NCBI GenBank assembly: GCA_001643675.2
Contig: LSRY02000017.1
Location: 434,001 to 498,000, forward strand
Length of the DNA stretch: 64,000 bases
Direction of reading: 5' to 3'
DNA from: Monocercomonoides exilis PA203
Taxonomy: Eukaryota > Protista > Preaxostyla
Position numbers and translations under genes: made by a program. The first letter of the stretch is position 1, and the number at the start of each line of letters is the position of its first letter. The notes under the pieces are model-generated. The model did no database searches and was not told the DNA's origin. It saw nothing but the letters and a program-made list of their open reading frames with translations. Of this stretch, positions 50,400-62,487 are shown one piece after another.

Positions 50400-51800
50400 A
50401 AGTTGGTTTTTTCTTAATCTCTACTTCAATTTTTCCGTTGGAGCTTTTGTTTTTGAAATACATATAAAATGTAATTCTTTTATCAACCTTTTTGATAAAC
50501 TCCAGTTTTAATTGCTATTTCTATTTATTGCAATTCATCCGTTTTTTCTTTGAAAATCATTTCGATTTCTCCTTCAATGAATTGAATTTCTGCCCTTTTG
50601 AAATGTAACTTACAGAGAAAAAAATAGCTTAAAAATGCTTCATTCTGACAACTGAGTTTGTTGCAACGTGTAATAAAACATCAATAAAAGTGTGCATCCG
50701 AGCAGATTTAGAGAAACTGTTCTTTTCTCTTTTGAACAACAACTGATGATGACGATTATGGCGGAAGAAAGATCACTCAATCCGATATCATTGGCTAAGA
50801 TTGACATTCTGAAAAATCAATTTAACTTTTTGGTTGTCACATCGAGTGTGGATGTTCTTCATCTTGCTTCATGTTGATCATAAAGGTCTTTGTTTCAGCA
50901 GAAGAAGCTCTGACAAACATTAATAAACTTGGAGTGATAAAGGATAAAGTTCAAGCTTCATTGGTTAAAGCAAGGTTTAGATACATATATTTGTACATAT
51001 ATGTGAAACATCTAAAATTGTTTTGAAGAATCGTTCCAAATCTATCTTTTTGAGATAAGATAAGATTTTTATGAAAAATTACTCTTGAAAAGGTGACCAA
51101 GACTATGTGCTTCTGAGGTGGACAAATAATGAGCGTCAACATCAAACGGACAAATGGTTTAGCTCATCCACAATAATGAACAAGATTTAAGATTCAGCTG
51201 CAGTGCAGATTTGTGAAAGTATTTGATGAATGTTGAGCATTCAGTTTTCAGTTAAATGGTATAAAATAGAACAACAGCATTGATCAACTTTTTTTCCCTT
51301 TCTCTCCTTTTTCACTAAGCTCCTCTTCCTCGTCCATGACAGCCTCCTTCATTCCCACAACCTCCTCTAAGTTCTCCAAACTATTTTGAAAGCAATTTGA
51401 TAAATTAAACGTGTGTAACTGAAAAAACTTTTATCAAATATGTATTTTCTCTTCTCTCTGCACTCATCATAAGTGCTGCAAACAATACAAAAATATGATT
51501 TTAGAAAAATTGATTTTGGTTCGATTCGAATTGATCATCTATTGTAATGCGAGGTGCAATGTTTGTAAGCCTCTGTTCGAATCATCCTGCTCTTTAAGAT
51601 CGACACTTTTAGCAATGAAAGCACGAAGAATATCAATGAAACATGTGTCCTCGTTGATTTCAAATAACATTTGAAAGAACCTCTTCTAAAGCAAAAACGA
51701 AGTATTTATTATCTCAATCAAATCAATTTTTTTGTCAAGAATTGACGCTTCTTAATTTGAATCTGCTCCATTACTGTGTATTGTGAAATTAACTATTTAT
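50400..51800 (-). pseudogene. Decayed remnant of an unidentified helical protein gene
   Basis: Protein-like stretches broken by stops and frameshifts, e.g. KIDLIEIINTSFLL*KRFFQMLFEINEDTCFIDILRAF and NSLENLEEVVGMKEAVMDEEEELSEKERE. Confidence 0.35.
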
Positions 51801-52167
51801 ATTTTATATTATTTGTGTATTCTCCTCCTGGCAATTAGTTGAATAAAAAGGATTGGAAGTCAATGAACAGTGAGAATGTCACTGATGATTCCCTGATTTG
51901 CTTTTTAAATTATGTGTTGAATAAGCAAGCAATAAAGAATTAAATGAAAATGAGGATAGAAGTTGAATAAGAATTAGAAGAAAAAGTAAAGGAAGAAGAA
52001 GCTCTTCCCAAAATGTTAATATTTTGATAGACTCGTTTGGGATGGCTGCTGAATGAAGAGAGGAGACACGCCCAGTCATTTGCTGCGAAATTTGTGTGTG
52101 AAGAACAAGCTGTGGAGATTATTTGGCTCGAATAAGAAGAAGAAGAAATAAAAGAAGAAGAAATAAA

Positions 52168-53720
52168 AGAAGAAGAAGAAGAAGAAGAAGAATTATATTC
52201 AGGAGCAGAAAAACCAGAACCAGAATGTGAATGCAGATGATGTTTGATGGTGAGTTCAGTGGAAGGCGAGAGAGGCGGGTCAAACTTCGAATTCTCGTTT
52301 TGTTCGGCATTGTTTTTGTGCTGCTGTTCGAACGAGTCATTTTCAATGGACTGTTTCATCATCATCAGCTGGTGTGGAGATGAGATGAGATGATGATGAG
52401 AATCTGAAGAAGAGGAAGAAGAAGAAGAAGCCAACGAAGAAGAAGAATTGGATGAAGCAGAAGAAGCAGAAGAAGAAGGGCGATGCTGCAACCTCTGAGC
52501 TGAGAGCCTTCTTCTTGCAGTGGTTGGTGTCTGTGCAGGAGAATCGAGTGGAGACGAAGGAGAATACGACAGAAGCGCACGAGCAGGCGCAGAAGGCGTT
52601 GAATTCAATGAATTTGGCAGGGAAGTGCGGTAAGATGGAGGCAGAGAGGAGGTGGATGTGATGTTTGTGTTGATGGGATTGTCAGATGAATGCGATGAGA
52701 AGGAAGAGCAGCTGTTGGCTGAGAGCTCAATCGCTCCTGCTGATTGTGAGTGGGGGGTGGTGCTCCTCAAATGAGATGAAGATGATGATGTTGATGATGA
52801 GAAAGAATTTGTGTAGGAAGAAGAAACAACCGAAGAAGCAGTTGAAATGACTGTTTGTGGTTCATTTATTTCTTGTTCTCGCTTCTCTCTTTCTGCTTCT
52901 GCTCCTGTTTTCTTCACCCCATTTCCTTCTTCTTTGAACTTCGCGCTCTCCTTCGCTTTTTCCTCCTCCATCATTCGATACACCCTCAGCTCATTCATCC
53001 TCTTCTGCTTCATCCGTTCCTCTCGAACTTCTTCTTCCTCTTCTTCTTCTCCTCCTCCTCTTCCTTCTCCTCTTCCTTCCCCATTCGCCTTCTCCTTTTC
53101 CTTCTCCTTCTCCTTCTCCCTGTTCCTTCCTCTCTCGTTATTCATCATCATGCCCCATCGTCTCTTCTCTTTCTTCTTCCCCACAACTTTCTCTGCATAG
53201 CTGTCAAACCGGTAAACTTCCACCAGCTCCTGTTTCCTCTGCAATATGTGCTCAACTCGTGCCTGCTCAGCATCATCATTCACGTGGTCGCCTTGAATGA
53301 GTGAGAAATCTAATGGAAGAGGTGGAATATACTCAAGGGATTGATTGGATCCTTCGACCGAAGAAGAAGAGGAAGATGATGATGATGATGAAGTTCTTGA
53401 AATATCTGCTTGTATTGTCACTTTGCTCGGAACCAAACTTAATCTTGCGTTTGCGTGCAGCCCTTCTCCGTGGCTGTTGAATGGCTGCTGATGAGCACGA
53501 TAAGAGGAAGAGGAGGAAGAAGAAGAAGAATACTGCTGATTTGACTGTCCAGCTAATCTGCGTGATTTGGTGAGTGATTGTGCTGTCGATGAAGGGCGTG
53601 GTGGATATGCATGCAGAGCAACTGTGGTTGTTGTGGTTGTTGTGTTAGAAGAGGCAGAACTGGAGTTGTAAGGGTGTATTGAAGAAGAAGTGATAGAAGA
53701 AGCAGGAGAAGACGAAGAAA
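52168..53720 (-). repeat. Inverted dispersed copy (~1.55 kb) of the TTLL tail segment ~20130-21665; gene fragment with its frame still open
   Basis: ORF 51940-53436 translates almost identically to part of the TTLL tail (EYIPPLPLDFSLIQGDHVNDDAEQARVEHILQRKQELVE...KFDPPLSPSTELTIKHHLHSH). No TTL catalytic exons lie upstream of the copy. Confidence 0.95.
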
Positions 53721-53759
53721 AAGAGGATGAAAACGAAGACGAAGGAAGTGAAGAAGGCC

Positions 53760-55100
53760 AGATTTTGGATGTTTAACCTTGCCAGTTGTTTTCTGTATAA
53801 CGCCATATAACGTTTGTTACGCTGGTTAACGAAGGTGCAAAAGAAGCTGATGAAATTATTATTAAAACGACAAATGTGGTTTGGACGCTGGTGGAGTCGC
53901 ATGAAGAAAGGAAGAGAATTGTGAAGAATACATTTGTGGAAAAGATGAAAATACCGGATGGGACTATAAATATTACGTTTTTTTAATGAGAAATGTTGTT
54001 TGAGCAGAAGAAGAAGGGACTGATGAGAGAAGAAAAGCATGTTGTTGGAAGGAGAAGAGAAGGAGATAAGTTGGAGTCGATGTGATGTCAATCTGGAAAA
54101 TGTGAATGGGAGAGAAAAAGAATGGAAAGCGATGATAGAGTAAAATGAAACTGCACGTTTGGAACGTGATGGAGTATCTTCGCATTTTATCACGGGCAGA
54201 TAGATAGGAAGTCAGATGGAGATGATGATTGAGTTTGTTGCAGCTGAACAAGTTGCGTTAAGGGATGTGCCCATTTGATTGCTCAGATGGATGCGACACG
54301 AGCGACTGACCAAGTTTGCAGTGCAAAAGGAATGATTGGATCATTTTCTGTGCCAAACTTTGCGTTTATTGGTATGAAAGGTTTATTTTTGACGTGCGTA
54401 ATGAATCTTTCTGCTCCTTCTCTGACCGTTTCGTCTGCATTTCAGCAGAGATTGCATCTTCCACAAGGGGACGTAGAAATTGTCAGGAAAACTCTCTTCT
54501 TTCAATTCCACATCAGCACTTGTACTCTTCATACGCAAGCTCCCCACTTTCAAATTCTCATCATGCAACTGAAGATCGGCCATACTATACTAGTCGACAG
54601 TTGTACAGTGAATGAATGCTCAGTCGTTGTCCACTTTGCTTGCCAATTCTGCATTGTGTTTGTTTCCCTTTCTCTCTCCAATGCTAATTTTATCATCAGC
54701 AGCAATCAGGTTTTCCTAATAAATTTTAATTTTTAAACTGCAAAGAGTACAAAATCAAACTCCACTTTTGATCCAGACCAAGCAATTTGGCAAAGAAGAT
54801 ACATGGTTTCTTCAATCAGAATGCGAGTATTATCATATTTGAGGGTTCTGCTTTCATGCTCTCAAAAACAACGAATTCGGCTCCAAAGACTGTTGCAACG
54901 AATATTCAAAGCCAACCAATTGTTTCTGTGCTCATTTGAAACAAAGTTGTAGTTATTCTTGTCAAGCAAAAAATTGCTAAGGTATTTAAAAAGTGGTGAA
55001 GGTGATAATGATATTTGTGGTGGAGGCTGTTCATAACTTCATTCGTTAGATAAATGTGTTTTTGTTGAATATTTTTTCATCTGAATCCGTATTCTGCCTC
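53760..55100. pseudogene. Further decayed coding fragments, apparently on both strands
   Basis: Interrupted protein-like reads, e.g. minus strand SYEQPPPQISLSPSPLFKYLSNFLL...RILIEETMYLLCQIAW and plus strand RLLRWLTKVQKKLMKLLL. Confidence 0.3.
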
Positions 55101-56024
55101 GATTCCTTCCCTCGCACATTCATGGGCTTATTTATCATTTGCCAAATGGAAATGAGCAGCCGATTTCGAGTGCGCATTTGATTGCACAGTTTTTTGATCT
55201 CTCACATAAAAAAATTTGATTCGTTTCATTGAATTGTTCCAATTATCTTCAGATATTGTGAAATTTAGACGTGTCTATGCTATCCTTTCAGGTCTTGCAA
55301 ATGGAAAATTTTGCAATAACTAATTTGAAGTGATGCCTTTTCTTTCTCTTCAAATAATCTTGATAAAAAAAATGTCCAAACTCCATTCAAGTGAACGCTC
55401 CAAAATTCTGCTTTCTGCATTGCTTCCTGAAAATGCGATTAATGGGTTTCCGCTCAGCATGATTGAAGAATCAGCTCAAGAATTCTGTTGCTCTATTCTG
55501 CTTTTATCACTTTATTGCAAACAAAATTAAAAATTAGATCAGCAATGTATGAAAAGAAATCCATCAAATAACAATTACACTAACACATTCGTCAAAGCAA
55601 TTCTGAAGTGTTCATTTACATTTCCATTAAGTTGAACACGAATGGAATTCACAGCTACAAATGCAGTAACAAAAAATATCCAAAAGCAATCTTTAAAATA
55701 CTATTTTCTCGAATCATAAAGAATATTTGTAATGCATACAGAAATATTTGCACTTGGTATGTTCGCATCAAATATGAGATGGTGGTATTTGGGACTAAAT
55801 TTTTTGCTTTATGAATTTTGTTCCACACTATATTTTGAAAGATTATTCAAGAATTTTTTTTATTTTTCTGGATATTTTTGCATTGTAAAGGAATACTGAT
55901 TATGATATAATTGCAGAAGAAGTTTGGACCAAATCTTTGTTTTTTCATAAATTCAAAAATCATAAACCAAATTCACTAATTCTTCCCATTAAAAGAAAAA
56001 TTTTAGAAAATTTGAAGCTTTCAG

Positions 56025-59000
56025 ATGAGTTTTGGCGAAATTACAACTCTTAAACAAGTCAAATTTTTGTTGTTATTTATTTTTTATTGCATCTATAGCG
56101 TTTACTCCGATGATAAGGATTTAGTAGAAGCAGTTGAAAGTGTGCCAAACACTGGCTCTCCATCTTGTCCCCGTGAAGGATCGTTTATCCAGTACATAAA
56201 CAACGCCAAAAGAAACGGATTGCTGATTGGAGGTGGGAAGGATTTTGATGGAAATATCATGAAAGATGCATATTTTTTTGATTTGAATCGAAATTTGTGG
56301 AATATTGCTCCGACGACAAATCTAGATGTTCTTCCTGATCGGTACATGTGCGTATCATTTTGTGTTGAAGGTATTATATATATTTGGGGAGGTCTTAGTA
56401 GTCGTGGGCTATCAAACGAGTTGATTTCATATGATTTTGAGCGAATTTCATGGAAAGTTGTTCCTCCATCAGGAAATATTCCATGCGAACGATATGCTGC
56501 TTGCAAGGCAGAAACAAAGTCGCATGTTTACATATTTGGAGGTCAAGGATCTCATGGACTTTTAAATGATATATGGGAACTGGACAAACGGACATTTTTG
56601 TGGAGTTGCTTACGCTAAAATAATCCCGCAAAAAATCCGCCTCCACTACGCGACGGAGGAGCATGCGTGTTCAAAGATTCTTTGTTTATTTTTGGAGGTC
56701 TGACAAGTAATATTGAAAAAAAACCATGTGCTTACAGAATAAACATATCAAATCCTGATGATTGCCAATTAATTGAAATAGTTTACGATGATTTTATTCT
56801 TGGAGCAATTTTTCGGTCTGGATTTGCAAGTTATGTTTCAGAAACAGAGTGTTATGGAATTATGTGGGGGGAAAGGAAGGTACAAGGACAATCCCGATAA
56901 ATAAATTATTTGTTTTGAATCTCACAGCAGCTGGACTCGATTTGGAGGTTAAAAACGCAGCACTGAATGATGTTTTCTTTGATTTATATGATGTCGGTAA
57001 AATGGGAACAACAAGTGCAATGAGTGAAGATGGATATTTGTATGCCTTTGGTGGGAAAGAAGGATATTTGGCTACAAATAGACTATTGTTTATGGATAAA
57101 GAAGATTGGTCAGGATCACATCTGAATGGAAACATCAATTCCTTTTTAGTCAGTGAATCATCATCTTTCGCTTTTCCACTCAAAAACTCAAGCAACTATG
57201 AATCTGAACTATCAGAACCTATTTATGAAGTTTCACTTCCAGTTTTAAAGCATCATCTTGCAAAGTTAAATGGAGAAATATTTGTTATTGGTGGTTACAA
57301 CCCTGAGCAAAAAATGATGGTGACAACGGGAAGGATGTTTTTTCCTGAGTTAAAGAAATGGTTGAAAATAACTGAAGGAAGACCTAGTTTTGATGGAGTG
57401 CCTTTAGTTGGCGAAGCTGCAGTTGCTGCATTGAATGGAAGAATCTTTGTATTTGGCGGAGCAACTTACAATAGCAATGGAGGATTTGCAACAATGAGCA
57501 ATGATCTTTTTGAGTACAATGAAGTGACACAGTCTTGGCAAAAGATAAAAGTGAAAGGAGAGGAAAAACCACCGAAAATGTGCCGTTCTGGCGCTGCAAT
57601 ATATGAATCAATTTTGTACATCGTTGGAGGTTGTGATATTGACAAAAGTCTGCAGTACAATGTATGGGCATTCAATTTTGCCACATCAGAGTGGCACATA
57701 GTTATAAGATTGGAAAGACCAATTCAGAGGTCAACTGTGTTCGTGAAAAAAATTATTCACAGCAAGGATTTTACAAGAAGAAGCAAAAGTGATAACCAAA
57801 ATTTGAAAAATGTGCAGAACATGACAAAAGCTCTGAAGAAAAAGGAAGGAGAAGATGATCAACAGCCAGTTCCACATTTATTTGTTTGTGGAGGAGATGA
57901 TGGAGAGAATTACATGGGTTATTGCTTAGTGCATCCATTAAAGGCTACAGATTCATATGACGAATGGTTTGGTTTAATGGGCCCTGATTTCCCAATTGGC
58001 AGCTCCGGAGTTGTCATTGGAGATGGAGATGTTGGGTTTGTTGTTGGAGGAGAGGAATGCGGAATTGCGAAGAAATCGTATTTAGCTATGTACACCTTCG
58101 ATGAATATGGAGAGGTGAATATTATCAGACACAAATATGATGAAGGCAGAGAGGAAACAGAATATCCTTTTGTGCATGGAAGTTGTGTTTTTATGATCGA
58201 TTCGCTATATTGCCTCGGTGGCTATGCAGTGAGTGAAGAAATGACTCCATTGCCCATTGCGACAAATAAATTTACAAGAATAAAGTTGAAAAGCGATCTT
58301 TCCGGCTGCTCGCCAGGATCGTTCTTCAATGAAAGCGAAAAACAATGTACTGTTTGCAACGGAGGAACATATTCATCACATTTCAATCAAACGAAATGCG
58401 AAAAGTGTCCTGCTGGAACATATTTAAAAGGTTCTGGAACATCTTTAAGTTCATGTATTCCTTGTGAAGAAGGCGAATATCAATCAAAACCTGGAAGTGT
58501 TGATTGTATCGAATGCGACTTAGATAGCCAATGTATTGTCGGATCAGCAGCAAACAACAACACTTTGCAGAGAAAGTTATTTAAATGCACGGAGCAGCCA
58601 AAGTCGTATGATCCGAATTCAAACAAAGAAACAATGTTCACAATTTTATTTTATGGGGTTTCACTGTTACTTGGCTTGACTGTGGCTGTTGTGTGCTTTT
58701 GCCTACCAACACGAGACAAATTGTACAAATTAGATCAATTTTCAAATACGTACAAGGATGTCCTCGATGAAAAGACACATAAAGCAATAAAAACTGTTAA
58801 GAAAACGAGTTATGGTGGTTGTGTTTCGATAATTGGTATTTGCTTTGTGGTTGGTGCAGCTGCGGCTGTGATTGTGCTGTTCTTTTTGATAAACACGCTC
58901 GAGAATCGAATTTATGTTGATTCAAAAATGCAGAACATTACGCTGGATAAATACACCAACAAAAAGATGGAGTTCATAATTCGGTTGAGAGATTATTCAG

Positions 59001-59989
59001 GTGAATGCGTAAAGGATGTGAAAGACAAACTTACTGAAGCACAAGGAGAATGCTCTCCACTTCTTGGAATTGGAAAAACTTCATATGACCCACTGAGTTT
59101 GTCTTATTTTTCAAAAAAAGTTCTATTAGTCTTTTGAAAATAACTTGTTTTCGTATTTCCTGAAATATTATCTGTTTTTTTTAAATATTTCAAAATGAAA
59201 CTTTCAGATATTTATCCTGTTCTACAGAGTATGCTAAAGCCAATGTGCAATCAATCTCCGTCTCCAAACAAATTATTCATATCAACAGCTGACTGTACAA
59301 TTCGACTTTCAGCAGAGAATATCAGCATTGATGCAGCTGAAAGGCGAGCTAAACTTCTTTCGTTCTATTCAAAGGAGAAAGATGCATTATTCTATGGAAT
59401 AGATGCTTTTATTTCGGTGGATTCTGGAATAAGGAAGCAGGAAGGGTACTTTTTCATTGATTCAACGTACAATTCTCAGGCAGAAAATCACTTCGATGGA
59501 GATCCAGCGCATGTTTTCAAAGGCGGAGAACAAACACAGGTTGTTGCCGAGCTGATAGTCAGTAAATATGAGGAGAACAAGTGGAAGCACATTGTACAGA
59601 TGGGTAACGAAGCAAGCAAAATATCAATTAAACCAGGCTCGCAAGTGAAAAGAGAAGGTATCAGTTTTGCACTGAGCGTGGGAGTGGATATATATGCAGA
59701 ACTGTCGCAGACAGTTGCTGTGACGACGAGGTCGTTTAAGACATCGGCTGTTGGTCTGATAACTGCACTAGGAGGAACTTTTGTGTATTTGAATTACATG
59801 GGAAAGTTGATACCAGTTGTGGAATTTATATTTAGCGGAAAATTATGTTGCGAATGCTATAAAAAGAAGTGGAAAAAGTCGCGTTTTCAAAGAATTGTGG
59901 CAAGAGAGCCTCTTCTGGACGAGGAGAGAAAAAAGATTCAGATGGAAAGCGATGATATAACCCAAGACATGGTCGGATATTCATTGTAA
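56025..59989 (+). pseudogene. Signal peptide + kelch repeats + Cys-rich (ephrin-receptor-like/GCC2-GCC3) repeats + three TM helices; disrupted by an in-frame TAA (56616-56618) and a frameshift in a G6 run (~56865-56870); intron 59097-59207
   Basis: Repeated kelch motifs (YIWGG, YIFGG..NDIW, FIFGG, YAFGG, FVFGG..NDLFEY, YIVGG) and CSPGSF...CTVCNGGTY...CEKCPAGTY...CIPCEEGEYQ..GS..C. ORFs 56025 and 56667 are in the same frame. One extra G restores IMWGGKEG. It could be intact if these are assembly errors. Confidence 0.75.
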
Positions 59990-60790
59990 CTTCATTTATT
60001 CTCTTGAAAGCGCAAATTACTTCTGTTGCATGTGTTTTTGAGATCTTACATGTAAACAAACTTTGGAGAAATGATAAGATTGTTTTATTTTGTACCAAAC
60101 ATAAGATTTTTATTTTCTGTGATATTTATATGTATTTTCTTGCTTTTATATATTTACAATTTATCTTTGATGATAGTTAAGATGGCGAAAAAAAAATTTA
60201 TCTGTAATTTGTGTATTTTGCAGTTGCTAAACCAAATGTATTGAAGGAATGCTGATTTTATTAACAAACAGATTTTGATGACATAAACTTAGTGTATAGT
60301 TTGGTTTTATATTTTTTATGTTGAATTTTTCGTTTGTTTTTTCTTCATATTTCTTTTTTTTGTTTCATATTTTTCTTTTATATTTTAAATTACATTTTAA
60401 CTGTTTCTTTTCTCATTTTGGAATTATCCATGTAATGGAGGTCTTATTATGGATGATTCCACAAGTATATGTTGACTTTTTTCTGATGGTTTTATGGAGG
60501 AAACTCTTTGTTCAATCAATTTTTTTGTATGAATTTTCTATTAAAAAGAAGCAAAAATTAAAAAAACAGATTACATATCCATTCGTTATTGCTATTTGAA
60601 TAGAAATTTTTCAATCAAACTATTTATTTGAAAGATATTACCATTAGAGAAACAAGAAACAAGACTGGGAATTTATTTTCTAAGATAATATTTCATCTTA
60701 TTTCTAAAAAATGGAATTCTTCCTTGTTATTTTCAATCTGATAAAACGAGTAGCAAATGGGTACTTTACCAGGACATCAGAATTTTTAAT

Positions 60791-61034
60791 AATTGTCTAA
60801 ATTTTTTTGAAAAGTTCCTTTTGTTTAATTTTCAAAAAAAGAAAATTTCATATTTCGATCAAATTTATGTTCCCATTCACAAAACTTTTCTTGAATGAAA
60901 ATGATAACATTGTAAAGATTTTATTTTTATGGCGAAATTTCGTGTTTAAGAACCGAAATTTGATCAAAGAATGAAATTTTTGTTTTAATTGATTTTTTAA
61001 ACATAAGGAACTTTTCTAAAAATTTTAGACAATT
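60791..61034. mobile_element. Degenerate ~245-bp hairpin (MITE-like) with ~77-bp imperfect inverted arms
   Basis: aattgtctaaatttttttgaaaagttccttttgtttaa...aaaatttcat...gatcaaattt (60791-60866) pairs with aaatttgatc...atgaaatttt...ttaaacataaggaacttttctaaaaattttagacaatt (60956-61034). Confidence 0.6.
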
Positions 61035-61395
61035 TATGTTTGAAGTATTGATCATTGTTTTTTCCTTTTTGAACAAAATATCAGAGTGAGGAAATCATTC
61101 TGTGTTGAAATAAAAAATTTTCTAAATTATAAAAAATCATTCTGGGACATGATATGGGTGAATATTTTTGAAATCATATTTTTTTTCGGGGTGTCAATTT
61201 TTCAAAGATTAAAAGTTTTTTGAAGAGATTCTGAATTCAAATATCAAAAGACTATTGCAACTGTTTCAAAAATAAATGTCTGAGCTGAAGTGAAGATGAA
61301 GATGTCGTTAACACACCTTTTCACTTTTTTGTGTTCATTTATTAATATTCAAGGGAAATTAATAAACCGAAAATTCTGAATGAAAAAATATGATT

Positions 61396-62487
61396 TCAAA
61401 AATAATCACCCATATTTTTATATATAAAAAATGAAGAAAATATTTGAAAATGTAATGAAAAATTATTCTGAAGGGCTATATTCAGTCGAACTTTCTCCAT
61501 CTCCTGCTCCAAAAAGATCTTCACATCATTTTCTTCATTTTTAGAAAGAATGCCATCAGAATCTGTGATTTCTTCCATATCCATTTCTTTAATTATTTCC
61601 GTTCCCTCTTCAATCAATTCATCAGGTTCATTGTGGATCAATTCTTTCATCATAACTTCAAACTGAAGCTTTTACGAACTTTTAACCAAAAACATTGCAT
61701 TTTGATCGGAAATATATTTCATTCTCATTCCGGACTGATGAAAAGATGACCTTAATTGCTTCCATAACCATTCAATTGTGTTTAAGAAAGCCTTATTCTC
61801 TTATACGGAAATTACACGTTTGTGGAAGACTGTTTCATGTGAATAACCAAACATATTCAAACATTGGAAAACTTTCAACACGTCAGAATATATCATTATA
61901 CCAATTTTGATATGATCCATAATTATAAATATCAGCGTATCTTTGGTTCTGTTTGGTGCTATCGTCATAAATCTATCACCAGCTCCTCCACCTTCCAAAA
62001 TTTCGACTTCTCCAAAAATCAAAATCAACTTCTTCTTTCTTCTTTAATGGAATTTCTTTCTATTCCAGACTTCTTCGAACATCTCCACAATCTTCACCAC
62101 TCCTCCAATTTTGTGCAGGTTTCTGATCCAATTTCGTATGAAGCAGCACTTCGTAACACAAGCCCAATCTGTTTCTGTCTTTCTATTCACAGATAATAAC
62201 ATTGAAACAGTTCTAATTGGAAATTTTTACGAGAGATGTTGAAAACAATGAGAGAAACTCCTCGGGGCTTTTTCTTATTTTTAAAAACTGTTTCAACGTG
62301 ATCAGAACTCTTGAATATTCTGCATCTTGAACAAATCCAATATGTGTATCCTTCTTCCATTCTGCTCGTTTTTTCTTTTTTGTGAATTCTGCATATTGGT
62401 GACATTCCGTCTCTCAGCACAGTGAAACACCAATTTCACGATTTCTCTTCGTTAAAAAAAGGCGCTATTCATCAATGAAATTGACAT
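61396..62487 (-). mobile_element. Decayed Merlin-superfamily (IS1595/ISXO2-like DDE) transposase pseudogene
   Basis: Stitched translation: Zn-ribbon PICRIH...YWICSRCR; KIGGVVKIVEMFEEVWNRKKFH*RR; IFGEVE; FMTIAPNRTKDTLIFIIMDHIKIGIMIYSDVLKVFQCLNMFGYSHETVFH; NTIEWLWKQLR. This fits the ISXO2 pattern GG.G..VEIDE / NR...TL..II / I.SD / GY.H.TVNH / TN.IE..W, with stops and frameshifts. Confidence 0.88.

Noticed and set aside
56616-56618. Genome-wide TAA/TAG-to-Gln recoding
   Set aside because: RPL40, the ARM gene and the phosphatase end in TAA, the surface gene ends in TAG, and multi-kb ORFs contain no in-frame TAR codons.
56860-56876. Programmed -1 ribosomal frameshift at TGG GGG GAA AGG
   Set aside because: No X XXY YYZ heptamer in the incoming frame and no evident downstream structure. 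An indel is simpler.
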